Shown: piece after piece, positions 24,542-36,727 of the stretch
How positions within the stretch are numbered: position 1 is the first letter of the stretch
Layout of the letters: the number at the start of each line of letters is the position of its first letter
Assembly (NCBI GenBank): GCA_029953675.1
Contig: JAMWBK010000002.1
Location: forward strand, 1,984,001-2,048,000
Length of the DNA: 64,000 bases
DNA from: Rhodosorus marinus CCMP1338
Taxonomy: Eukaryota; Plantae; Rhodophyta
Reading direction: 5' to 3'
Position numbers and translations under genes: made by a program
The notes under the pieces: model-generated
What the model was told of the DNA's origin: nothing
Databases searched by the model: none
The model's input: the letters and a program-made list of their open reading frames with translations, nothing else

Positions 24542-26382
24542 ATGTTGAGGGTGTTTGGGGTTCGTAGCGGTGGCGTTGGGAGGGTTTTGAGGAGGTTTGG
24601 GAGCTTTTCTGGGAGCCGAATAGAGTATGGACGGATTTTGAGTGGATTTGGTGCGTCCTCGAAGGATTTCGCGAGGAGAGATGGGGGTTTGTCAGGGGTT
24701 GAGTGGTTGGATTCGAGCAAGTTTGGAGGGGCGAGATGGAGGAGTAGTGCAAGGCCGCAACCGGAGCCCGAGAAAGGTTCTGGTGAGAAAGAGATGGCTG
24801 AAAATGCGACGAAGGAGTTGGTGAAGACTGCGGCGGGCTTGACGAAGATTGAAAGGAGAGACTTAGTTCTTTCACCACCGGCTCTGGTGGTGACGAGGGA
24901 ATACGAATGGGGAAACATCCTGATTGGGTTTGAACAGGTGAGATTTTCTGGGAAAGCGTCCTTCGATTTGCTTGGTTCATGGGCGCTGCTTCAGTAAGCA
25001 TGCAGCTACAAGCTGTTGGCGGTCAGCGATCTCTTGTTGTCTGGTTTTTCATCATGTTCGAAGAGGCTGAGGCCAGCAAAAATAGTTTTGTGTAGTCAAC
25101 GAAACAGGACGAGAGTGAAGTTTTTGTAATAATCTGTACCCATTTCCTGAACTTTAGGAGTATTCCGTTTCACGTAGGCGAATCGTTATACGATTCGGGC
25201 GGCTCCAGCTGGGCAAGTAGTCGGATATATAGCTGAAGAGGATAGTCTAGGGAAGAGCTTGACCAGAAATTTTCTGCGCACTCATCGGCCGTTCAAGGCC
25301 ACGATTCTGGACTCCGCGGGTGAACCATTTTTTCAGGTCAGAAGGCCCTTTTATATGGTCTCCACTTCGATGTATGTAGAGACTTTGGAGGGAGAGACCA
25401 TGGGAGAAATCCACATGGACTGGCACCTTTATCGGAGACGGTTTGTAGTCCGGCTCAATTTGCAAGTCGGGATGTTGCCCAAGATGCTCAGAAGCAGAAC
25501 GGCCCGTTGTGCACGCTATCTTCCTGTAGGTACAACCTCTACGTTGATAAGGAGCAGTTTGCGAGGGTGGACTCTGGATTTCTGGCTGTGGACTTCGATA
25601 TGCGAGATGACCAGGACAAAAAAATGGCAAGCGTGAATAAGGATTTCACGGGCTTTGGAAGAGAGATCTTCACCGATGCGAGGCAGTACGTGGTTCGATT
25701 GAAGGCGGACTACTCCGGGGAGGACTTGAGCCCCGATGCATTGGTTCAGGAAAACGCAAAGCCGGATCCCAACGACATTTTCTCCGACTCGAGCAAGCTC
25801 ACCATCAACCAGAAGGCTACTATTCTGGCCTGCGCTATTTCGATCGACTTCGATTACTTCTCTATTCACAGCAGGACGGGAGGCGGGCTGATGGGCGGAG
25901 GATTTCCCATCTTTATGCCTTTTCCCGGTCCAGTTGGGGGAGGATCTGTTGAGGGTGGTGAACCAACGGTGGGAGACAATTCTGGCTAGCTATCGGGGCT
26001 CGTTGGAATACAGATGAACAAAATTTTTTAACGCAGATTGTCCGTTTTCTTGCAGGGGGATGCTGGTCAGGTAATGGGGGCTGAAACTGGAGCAGGAGCT
26101 GGCGCTGCTCTCGGTGGGGCAGAATCTGCCGCCACTGGAGGGGGCTATGGAGACTATGAGCAAACACCCGCAGGACAAGGAAACGACTCCCAGTGGGCGA
26201 CCTTCGAAGAGGGCAAGTCTGATTTCGCTGAACCAGAGTTCGCCGAACCCGAGTTCGATGACGGCTTCGGCGATGATGATGATGGCGATGGTGGAAGTGA
26301 GAAACCAGCAATAGGCCCTGATGCGGAAGCTCTCCTCGAAGGCGCGAAAACAACGAGGTTCTTTGCGCGTCGACCCGACTAA
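24542..26382 (+). CDS. Phospholipid scramblase family protein (Aim25/PLSCR-like), likely mitochondrial
   Basis: Arg-rich presequence MLRVFGVRSGGVGRVLRRF, then ALVVTREYEWGNILIGFEQ|ANRYTIR, RTHRPFKATILD, WHLYRR|YNLY and LACAISIDFDYFS. The last exon is Gly/acidic and ends at 26382. Confidence 0.88.
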
Positions 26383-26675
26383 CCAATCAACTTTTTCCTG
26401 CGCTTCTAGTCCTAGGTGGTATCATGGACTTCTTCGGAGATGAATAGACCGAGGCTACCAACGCCCGTGGTCCAGCGGGCGTCTAGGAACGAAGGGCTTT
26501 GCTACATGGTGCCTCCACTAACATCCAAAGACTAATATGCTCCTTCGTAAAATGTGCAAATAATATACTTTAGAGAGATCGGGGCAAAATTATGTCCAAC
26601 TGTAAATAATTCTCGGGGCTAAAGCGCGCATTCCACTGCTTTGCGTGGACTTTCTGGCCTCGATTCCAGAAACTG

Positions 26676-29600
26676 CTACAGTAGAATTCCACTAACTTCC
26701 CTGGAAGCCCCTGCCATGGACACCTCGTCAATGTCAGTGACTCTGCCATGCAAGGCATGGTCTTGCAGCACTTGGATTACAGATTCAGCACCCTGAAAGT
26801 CCTTCATCACCATGTCGCGAATCTCCGCTTTCACAGAGAGAGGATCGTAGTCATCAGCTACGAAGACGCGCATGGAGAGCACCTAAAGAACGGGACAGGA
26901 GGCAATAAGGTTCAGTTTCAACCGGAGGCAACATCACGTCATGTAGACAGACCTACCAGCTTCGAAGACGTGAGAGACCACAAATGTATGGAGTGAATGA
27001 GCACGACACCGGAGTGATTCTGAATCTTCTTTTTCAGATTCTTCAGAGCCGTGTCCTTGGCAACCGGTACTCTCAGGATTAAGCAGTCGGCAGAAAGGAT
27101 CATCGGTTGTACCGCAGACGCAAGTACGAACATTCCGACTAGCGCTGAGATCAAGCCGTCGGCCCAGTAAATCTCCAAAAACTAAAAAAACGAAGCAGCG
27201 AAGGACACTTAGCGTTTGCAATCGCAACAGCGTTGACCGCGAAGCTTACCCTTCTCAACGCCGTGGAAACGAAGAGTGACCCACTGGCGAGGGTGTTTGC
27301 CAGAATATGCAAGAAAGCGGTACGAATACTCAGATCCCTTCGATCGAGTGGAAAGAAGAGCAGCCCCAAGCAGTTGAAGCAACAACCGATTGCAGTGATA
27401 ACCAGAACTCGGTTCTCCTCAACTAAGGCCCCTTCGATGCTTCGCTCAACGCTTTCCAGGAACACCAGGATCCCGACAAAAACCAGTAGAACGCAGTTGA
27501 TAAAAGCGCATACTGGTTCTGTACGTTCGTATCCATAGGACAAGAACTCAGACGGACCTCTAGTATCCGCCAGCCTGGCACCAACAAGACTGATGAACAG
27601 GGCGCAACAGCATAACAGGGTGTCGGAACTGACAGTGAGAAGACCCAACGAGCTAGTGATGCTCCCGTACAAGGCCTCCACGAAAACCATGAGCGCCTGG
27701 AAAATCAGAAATGAAAAGAGCTGCCAGCTCTCGTGATCGTCCCTAGTTTCCTTTAAGTGGGCCCGCAGTTGTCGAAGAGATGAAGGAATGGAAACAATCA
27801 GAGCTTCCATTTCTCTGATCAGTGCCAGAAGCGAGCTTTCAAGGTCGAGTACGTCATGGTCCTGATGCGCTTCTCTAGCCAACGTCAACAAACCTAGTTC
27901 CACAACCAAAATCAGTCAGAGCGTCTCTTCATTAGCATCCCTGGGCAACGTACTAAGCATTGAATCCCTGCCGTGCAATGTTCTGGTCTTACCTAGAGCG
28001 TAGATAGGAAGGGCCACAACCAAAAAGAAGCTTACTCCACCGTCAGAACTGTACCCGAAGAAAAAGTCGCCAACCATCACCAAAAAAATTATTAGAAACC
28101 CTGCTGTGAGCTGCGAGATAGTTCGCGTCGCGCTGTAGCTTTCTACTTGGTAAGGAACGACCAGCAAAGTCAACGCTGCTACCAATGTCCACGGGGAGTA
28201 GAGGCTGTTGAAGACAGTTCCCCTCCATAGGCTGCTAATGACCACCAGCGGAAGTGAGAGGAGCCCTGCGGCGGCGAGCGATATTGAGCACTGCCATTTC
28301 TCGCTTCCCAAGACCTTACGAAGCTTTGCATCTGTCTTAAGCATCGCTTGGTGCGTCAGGCAGGCAGTTGCGACAGAACACACACCAAGGAACGGGAGAA
28401 AGCTGAAGCGATACGAGGCTCGGGGTATTGGGTTTTGATCAAGCTCTTCGGCATGGAGAACTGCCTCGATGGCCTCTTTCTCCATCTTTTCAATTCTCGC
28501 TTGCACATTGCCGTCCTCCGCCTCACGCTCCGTCTTCAATTCTTCCTTCGGCTCCTTCCCGTCTTGCGCAGATGCCCCCGTGCCGGACGCCGGGTGGTGT
28601 CGCGCTTCTGAGGCGACCGTCGTATTCTGATGAGTTGTATTTCGAGAATGTACTTCTCGAATCTCTATACGTCTGTTTTCGACGCCCGCCTTGGTTCGAT
28701 CCTCGTCCATATGCTTTCCACTACCCGTTTGCGAGGAGTTGCCCGGCAATTCCGCTCGCGCGTCCTTCTCTCCAGCAGGTTCTGGTTCAATAACCTTCCG
28801 TACCGGGTCCGCCGGTTTCTTTTCATCCCAAAGGCTTCCCTGTTCGTCCTCCTTTCTTCCGCTCTCGCCTTCTCGAAGCTTATGTTCCTCTTTCCCTCGA
28901 TCCATAGCAGGGTCAAGCGCCATTTGACCCTGCGGCCCTTTGTTCTCGTCGCCCCTAAGGCTGCCCGACTCGGCCCCTTCCTCCTGCGATTCGGGCTGAC
29001 GCTCTCTTTTTTCCTTCTCCATCGCCTTCTCTCCGTCCTGACCTTCCTTCACTAGCTCACTATTCCCACCATACTCTCCTACTTTCACCCTCCGTCGATT
29101 ATCGCCTACTTTCTTGTATTCATGTCGGCTATTCCGCTTGGACTCTATTCCTCCTTTGTTGCCCCCTTTTCTGTTCTTCTTCTCTTGTTCTTTGTCATCA
29201 TGGAGGCCCTTTGAATTTGAATCTATTCGCTCCTTGTCGTATCCTGTCCCGTTCTGCGCTTGCTCTCGTAGATCTTCCTTCTTCGCGCCTTTACCTGAAC
29301 GGATTCCTCTCTTGCCATCGTCAGAAATTTTTGTCGTTTTCTCTAATCTCTTCGAATTCATGTTCATGGACTTCGAATCCACCGGTTGTCCAGTTTTCCC
29401 TGCGGGCCTACTTCCGTTGGCCACTTTCTTGCCGGAGTTCACACCTGGGTTCGCTTGCTCGTCGCTATCTATGCTCAGCAGCTTTCTCCGAAGCCTGGGG
29501 ATTTTATTCCGCATCAGGTCAATGTTGTGTGACGTTTCCTTAAGCCGTGTTTTCACTCCAGAGACCATCCGCGTGTTAAGCTCCGAGCTTGGCAGGCCGA

Positions 29601-30174
29601 CCGATGCGTCCATGGCGACAAGGGTGTACGCCACGAGCATGAGCACGAGTCCCTGCTTCTTCCTCTTTGAAAGGGGTTTTCCTGTTGCTCCTCTGTTCAA
29701 CAAGTAAGATAGTGGAAGCTCTGCGCCTTCGATCATGAGGGTTCTCAGAGGGCCGAGTAACCGCAATCCGAAGCTCCACAGCAGCAGGACAGTCATATGG
29801 AGCGCGCCTGATTCTAAAATTTTGTACAAGACTCGCCGGGTTATCTTACGTGCTCTCCATGGTTTGTTGAGCGCGCAGAGAATTGCCGCAGCGGTTGAGA
29901 AGAGGGTAAAGACGACCCAGGGCAGTGGCTCGTTCGAAAGCAGATGAAAACAAAAGTAAACTGCGACAACGACAATAATCCGTGGAAGAATCTGTACACG
30001 ATGACGGAAGAAAACATAAAGTCAGTTATGTAATGGTCCTAAACGACTTATCCTGGCGCGTAGGCAGCTTACCTGGGACGGAAACCCATCCTGCAAACCA
30101 GCCTCGCGATTTCCAGGCAGATCAGCTCCCTGCAGCGATCCCACGGTCGCCCTTGGAAGCGCAAACCCTCGCAT
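26676..30174 (-). CDS. ZnT5/Msc2-like cation diffusion facilitator (N-terminal multi-TM domain + CDF domain)
   Basis: Exon 1 from ATG 30174 (MRGFALPRAT...FPSQ) splices to ILPRIIVVVAVYFCF... The CDF part has FVEALYG..SLGLL, SYGYERTE..AFIN, FLHILANTLAS, WADGLISAL and HSIHLWSLT. The stop is at 26678-26676. Confidence 0.85.
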
Positions 30175-30473
30175 TGTTCAACAGGAAACGACCATGGACA
30201 CACCAATCATCGATACATGAAGCCTAAGCCGCGTCCTGTCAAACATGTCTTCCTGCACCTCTCAATCCAAGGTAGTCAACCTAACTCCATCGAACTCAAT
30301 ACTAATTCTAAAGAAAACTTCTTGAGAATGATTCTTCTTGCTCAACGTGGACAGAGAAATTACCTACAGTGACATCTTCACAACACTAGAAGACCATCAA
30401 GTTACCTCCACCCCAATTAAAACGAGTTGTCGGTCGTCTTCAGCCGGTTTGGTCAAGGAGGGTGTTGATCCAT

Positions 30474-30746
30474 TCATTTGATTGTTGAAGCCTTTGTAAA
30501 TTTTTTCTTCAACGCGTTCAAAGACATTGCTGTGTAAGATGTGATCTTGTTAAGAGCATCTTTGAAGACAAGAAAGTCCCGAGCAAATGGCTGGCTGGGT
30601 TTGCTGTTGTTTTTTGGTGTTTTTTGGGAGTTGATCTTCGTGCTTAGTTTGCCTCCCTGAGATCCAGGTTTGTTGTGATCTTTAGGATCCATAGCGACGT
30701 TTTGGAGAGCAAAACGTGTTGCTACGGAGATGGTCGTTGCGCACAA
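30474..30746 (-). CDS. Possible small Lys-rich hypothetical protein or exon
   Basis: The ORF MDPKDHNKPGSQGGK...FARDFLVFKDALNKITSYTAMSLNALKKKFTKASTIK* reads like protein, but no family is recognised and the start is uncertain. Confidence 0.3.
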   Translation of the reverse strand: MCATTISVATRFALQNVAMDPKDHNKPGSQGGKLSTKINSQKTPKNNSKPSQPFARDFLVFKDALNKITSYTAMSLNALKKKFTKASTIK

Positions 30747-31288
30747 GAGAAGAAGAGTGGATCAACTAATGCAAGGAAGCCATTGACCACGGGGAGAGGA
30801 GAGTTTAGCTTTCTCTGGGCTGTGTTTTTCTGACAATCATTCTCTGCGTTCAGTGCTTGCACTGAAGTGGGCCTGCACGTTGATACTTCAGCATTGCTAG
30901 CCTCCAAGCCTCCCAGAGTAGAACTCTGTTCACCCGTGGGCGCTAAAAGAGAAAGAGTATTTTTAATGTCAAAGCTAACAAGAGCACCGTTAGAGACAAG
31001 ACGTTAAACATGTAAGCCAAAATTTTTCGTGGATTATTCTCGTCGCGAGTCTCTACTGCGTTGAATCGACGCAAGGGGAACACTCTTCATCTTTCTCCTT
31101 CAAAGTTAAGCGGGCCCAAAGGAGCAACACGATTGCTGCTTGCACTTGGCCTGCTATCAAGCAAGCCTGACCTTCGAATCATCAAAAATTTCCTCCAATT
31201 ATTCTAGACAGAAGGCTGTCCGCAGACTACGCAGCAACTTATCGAACACCAGTGGGTGAACATTCACAAAAACCATCAACACGACTAG

Positions 31289-31298
31289 GACACGTGGC
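31289..31298. promoter_or_regulatory. G-box/ABRE-type element GACACGTGGC upstream of ftsY
   Basis: Exact match ~440 bp upstream of the ftsY ATG. The same 10-mer occurs as a reverse complement at 54841-54850, upstream of guanylate kinase. Confidence 0.4.
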
Positions 31299-31734
31299 AG
31301 ATCTATTGGCCACTAAAACAAAATATTTCAAGAATAAATCTAGCTTGTGGAAAACTTCTATATAAAGTCTTTATTAACTAACCAATCATAATCGAGTACA
31401 TTCTCGACCGTGATCTCAATATCGAATCAAGGGCAATGGGGAACTTCGATGAGTTGTGCTGGCGGTATAAGCGAACTCATGTAGGAAGAACTGAGCTCCA
31501 AACATCGATTCAAAGTATTTTAGAAACAGGACCTTGCATTGAACATGTTTATAAGGTCCCCGTCTATGAGCATCACCCGCAAAAGTTTTGGATACGGATA
31601 CGGATGGGAATCGATGGTTTTTGTTTGGATGCTTAAGACATGAATCTGGCAGTCGATAGTGGGTTGCTGAGGAGGAGGCAGTGGTGCATAAGAGCAAAGG
31701 GGAAGCTCTAACCAAGTCTTCAAAGGAGCTCGTC

Positions 31735-33407
31735 ATGATGGAGGATAAGTTCGCCTTTATCTGTGGTGGGATAGCATCTCAGACTCGAAGAAAGTTGAGG
31801 GATGGAGACTGTTTCGGACTCCCTCAAAACCGCGGTCGCGTGAGGCCTAGAACGGTAGGGACGTCCATAAGGATTTATATCTCGCGTGCTCGTTCTGAAC
31901 ACTAGCGCTCCTTGGTTGATTCCGTGGAAAGGCGACTGTTGTGGCAGTGTTTGACTTCCTAAAGCAGGGTCAGAAAGCTGTTGAGGACTCTGGCCAGAGT
32001 ATTGTAGACTACGTCAGGAAAAGGGCGCAGGAAGATATTGCGAAAGTGAACGCGTTCAACGATGGGCTTCAAAAGTCCCGCGAGCGACTTGCTCGGGAGC
32101 TCTCCGCGACCCTTGAGGTGGCTATTCTTTGAACCGGACTGTTGATCATTACGTGCTAGCCATCTGAAAGCTTTGTTTTTTCTGTTTCGTGTGTGAACAG
32201 TCCATCACGACGGACGCAGAGCTTGAGGAAGCTCTTGAGAACCTTGAGGTATTTTTGAAACATCGCATTACTCAACCAAACAGGTGGGATTTTCTGTCCT
32301 CCATGATCTTAAAGTATCCGACTTTTTGTTTAACGAACAGGAAGTGCTGATTACGTCGGACCTTGGCATGGACACAGTTGACATAGTCATGGAGGTAAGT
32401 TGAGCTGTCGATTACCCCCAAAATGGTGCCAAGGAATAAAGTCATTCATCTTTCGATGACGCTTGATCAGGATCTCAGGGCAGAGGCGACACAACAGAGG
32501 CTTAGATCTGAAGAGGATGTAAAAGCAACTCTCAAGGGAACACTAGTACGGGTGCTCAAGGAAAAGGTAACAAGCACCTTTGCTCGCCTTGAACAGCTCT
32601 GTTGGACGCTGGACTGACCGCGTGGATGCTTACCTATTCGGTCAGGGTGGATCGGCTCCACTGTGTGTAGGATCGGAAGCCCCGACAGTCGTCGTATTCG
32701 TTGGAGCAAATGGCATGGGCAAAACCACTACAGTTGGGAAGCTTGCCACGAGATATAGGAAGGAAGGGAAGAAGTGAGTAGCCTGTATTCAGAACCAGAC
32801 GGTTGTCAGTGAGGAATCACCTCGTTTTCATGCCCTGTGCATTTAACTCTAGTCAATTGGAACTGAGAAAGCCATACTTTCCTTCAGGGTATTGCTCGCT
32901 GCCTGTGATACCTTCAGGGCAGCCGCAGTTGAGCAGCTTTCGACATGGGCTGATCGCGCCGAGGTTGACATTGTCAAACCACTGGAGGGGGGAAAAAATC
33001 CTTCGAGCACGGCATTCCGAGCAGTGCAAAAGGGCCAGGAGGAGGGCTATGATGTGGTTATTATCGATACCTCTGGGCGTCTGCATACTAATCACAACCT
33101 CATGGGCGAGTTGAGAAAGCTCGTGTCCGTCGTCAAGAAGTTTAAGGAAGGCGGGGCGGACGAAACTCTACTGGTGGTTGATGCATCGATTGGGCGGAAT
33201 GCAATGTCTCAGGCTGTGAATTTCCAGGAAGAAATTGGACTTACTGGACTTGCCGTAACTAAACTCGACGGCACGGCGCGGGCGGGATTCGTCGTGAGCG
33301 TTGTGAATGACTTGGAACTGCCAATCAAGCTGGTTGGCGTCGGGGAGAAGGTAGAAGATCTTCGGGACTTTGAGCCTGAGTTCTTTGTAGAAGGCCTGGT
33401 AGGATAA
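31735..33407 (+). CDS. ftsY: Chloroplast SRP receptor cpFtsY, multi-exon
   Basis: Transit-like MMEDKFAFICGG. NG domain motifs: EVLITSDLG, VGANGMGKTTTVGKLA, AACDTFRAAAVEQL, DTSGRLHTNHNLMGEL, TKLDGTARAG and GVGEKVEDLRDF. TAA at 33405-33407. Confidence 0.95.
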
Positions 33408-33542
33408 TTTTAACTTTCTGTTTCTTTTATTTTATAAACTTCCTCGCATCCTCTTTTTTCTGATGGGTATGAATATACACTCTGGTCGGTTGATGACATG
33501 ACCTGATTGGACATGGGAGCTTGACCAAAAAAATCCGCCTTT

Positions 33543-35022
33543 TTACAATTTCGCTGCCGATGGCAATACTGCTCCATCATCAGCTGTTAAAATAATTTCT
33601 TCCAGGCACCTCACGAGTTCTCTTATGGAGCGAGCGACGTTATGGGAATGTACGGTGATCCTTATTCTCTCCGTGCCAGGGCTAACCGTCGGCGGGCGTA
33701 CGGCCATCACACGGAATCCCTTCAAGGCAAGCTGATCAGCAACCCAGACGCAAAACTCAGCTCCGACCACCGCAAGCGAGCAGATGTTCGTCGTGCCCAT
33801 GGGCGTCATCACCAGCGATCTTACAACTGGAGACGCATCTATCTCTGATCGGAGATACTCGCTCAGTGTAAATACGCGTGCCCGTTTCTCCCGAATCTCG
33901 GTGCTATCCATTGCTTCATACGCTCCCAGAATTGTCGCGAGTGAACTTTTCGGAAGCGCGCTTGAGAATATCAGCGGCCGTGCGTAGTTTAGGAGGTAGT
34001 CTCTCAGAAGCCTAGATCCCAACACAAATCCACCATGACAACCGAAAGCTTTCCCCAGAGATACGACTCTTGCGAGCAAGTTCGGATGGTTTTCGAAGCC
34101 ACGCTCGCAAACGTAGCCAGAGCCATTGCCTCCATACAGCCCGACGGTGTGTGCTTCGTCGATCACCACTGATACACGCCTTCCTCCAAATTCTATTCTT
34201 TTGAAGAGCCTCTTCAGCGGGACCAAATCGCCGTCCATGGAATAGAGCGACTCGACTACGATGATCACCTGGAGAACGACGGAGGGGTGCGGCTAGTTTG
34301 AGTAATGGTCGACGAAGCTCCGAGACAAGCTCAACGAGCGAAACCGAGCCGCAGGACGCTAGTTAAAGTGCCACGTGGGACTTCCGGGCGTACCGCGCCT
34401 GTGACTCTTTCCAGAGCGGCAGTGAGTTCCTTATGAAGGCTGTCCAGATCGTTGTGCCTGAACGCTTTAACATGTGAAGAGTTTGTGACTCGAGTGCCCT
34501 CGCGCGAGGAGGCGTGGCAACGCTCGTCCCAAAGGATTGCGTCGTCCTTGGAAGCGAGGCACCCCAGAAGGCCATGATTAGCGTTGAAGCCACTATTGAA
34601 CAGAACGGCAGATTCCGAGTTGTGGAACTTGGCTGCAAGTTCTTCCACATCCTCCGCTAGCTGGGAATTTCCGGTTACCAACCTCGATCCGGTGCTCCCG
34701 TTGACACATTGGTACCTGAGCCCAGAGATGATAATACGTAAAATCTGGGCCTCCCAAATACAAGCGGACGGCAGAATACTTCGGCGAGTGCTCCTTACCT
34801 CTCCAAGATCTTGCTCGCAGTTCCTCGAAGCATCTCGCTCCTCGCTAGCCCGAGGTAGTCATTTGAGCCGAAGTCATTCTCCAGACACGAGCTCTGCTCT
34901 AGCGTTAGCTGACGCACTAGCCCGCGTGACTTTCTAGACTCCAGTGCTTTCCTCATCTTTTTCGAAAGCAAGTCCTCTTCCGCACATGGATCTCGGCCTC
35001 GAATCTCCATTGCTTCCTCCAT
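33543..35022 (-). CDS. bioF: 8-amino-7-oxononanoate synthase (PLP-dependent, biotin synthesis) with C-terminal AKL
   Basis: DFGSNDYLGLA, FNSGFNANHG, DERCHAS, VESLYSMDGD, DEAHTVG, SLGKAFGCHGG, ARPLIFSSALP and RPPTVSPGTERIRIT. It ends ...PSAAKL*. Confidence 0.93.
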
Positions 35023-36727
35023 GGGGTTCTTTTGCAGGAAACCCAGCGCCCAAAGCAGAGACAGTTCTTTCAAAGAAACGTGGCGAAGCTATCCGTCAGG
35101 TCGCTAACGCGCACATGGTTCTTTCTCCCACAGCCCCACAACAGTAAAAAAGAAGCCCAACACCTAAAAGACAGATCCCCAGGGGTTGTCGGGACAATGA
35201 CATGCTGATCCTAGGAATTTAAAATACCCCCACGGTAACCAGTTTTCCTGATTCCCTCAGCAGTCTAATATCTCAGCCGCCAAACTGAGTACACGCCGTC
35301 CTCCCGACACTGCTCAACAACTCATCCGATCTGCTGCTCAACAACTATTTCGGAACTGGACGTCCCATTCCCACGTACGCCCCAAACTTTCCAGCAATAC
35401 ATATTTCTTAAGTTGTGATACTATTCACACACTAACTAGAGTACTAACGAATAATTACATTACGGGAGTTTGTATAATATAAATAAAAACAAACCTACTC
35501 TGATTTACTTCACAATATAAGTGCGGAACAATTCTAAGAGATAAATAATTGGCTTGAGCTTTCCATATTAACCAATAGTTTAGTACGAGAACTCAATTTA
35601 TTTCAAATTACAATCAACGACGGTGATTGATCCCCCAGTACCAGGAATTGCAGTTCGGATGCGGAGATTCTACTCACCCTAGCGAGAATTTCCCAACGAC
35701 CTTCGAAAGAAACAATATGTACATATTTAAACGAATAAAAAAGAAGACGTCACCAACTGGAAAGTAACTACCCCCCTCCATAAAGGATCGAATGCTCAAA
35801 TATTTTTCTTCCAATGCACATTCTAACAACCCCCCGTCCCCGAGCCAACGAAAAAAAAAGAAGTGGGCGTGAAAACATTCCAAAACGATATTTTGCGTAA
35901 GCTCTCATCAGAACTTCGAACAAAAAATATTTACAAATTACTATGACAGTTAAACGTGTAATACCACTCAATATTTAATAAAACTTCAAAACATAAATAC
36001 AACAAATCACATTATCACCTAAATAAGAAAAAACAACCAGTTCAATGACAGATAAAAACGCCAGATCCTAAAATATCCAAAACATATAATGACAGTTAAA
36101 TGATCAATCAATAGTCACCTCAAATCAATAGTCAAAAACCCTTATTCTCAATTCTCCTGGGGTCAAATTTATTAAATATAAACAAATACGAAGACGCTTA
36201 TCTCAAGTATAATCTCGTCAAAAGGTAATATAACAAAAAGGTCGGGGTTTGCGCTGTTTTTGGGGAGTAAAAGGGTTGATTTTAAGGGGGTGGGTGAGGA
36301 GAGGGTCAGTTTGGTACTCTTTGGTGACTTTTGTAGCGTTTGATTATTGGAAAAAGGGCATTAAAATCGATCCTGAATGGATGGATGCCGTCGGTGGAAG
36401 CAGTTTTCGCTTTTGTGAGGTCGATGGGGATAATCAACGAATAGTATTTAGGTAGATAAATATATGGATGGACAACTGAGAGTGGGTTTGGACTGTAGTA
36501 GTGGAAGGGGAGGTTTGGCTTGTAGGGTCTGGTTTGGAATCTTTTGTTGGGGATGATTTGACCTGGTAAGTGAAGGATCTTTGTTGCAGGTTGTGGTTTT
36601 TTGTTCCGACGGGATTGACTGGGTATTGCTCTGGAGAGGTTTTGCAGTTTTTTTTTGGTGGGGGTGAGGGGGGTAGGGGGAGGGGGTTATTGTTCGATTA
36701 AGATTCTTTTGATCTGGTAGGGGTAAG

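Noticed and set aside
24187-25001. Long minus-strand ORFs (243 and 202 aa)
   Set aside because: Antisense shadows of the G-rich scramblase 5' end.
28348-29707. Several plus-strand ORFs of up to 197 aa
   Set aside because: Antisense to the purine-rich loop of the ZnT5-like gene.
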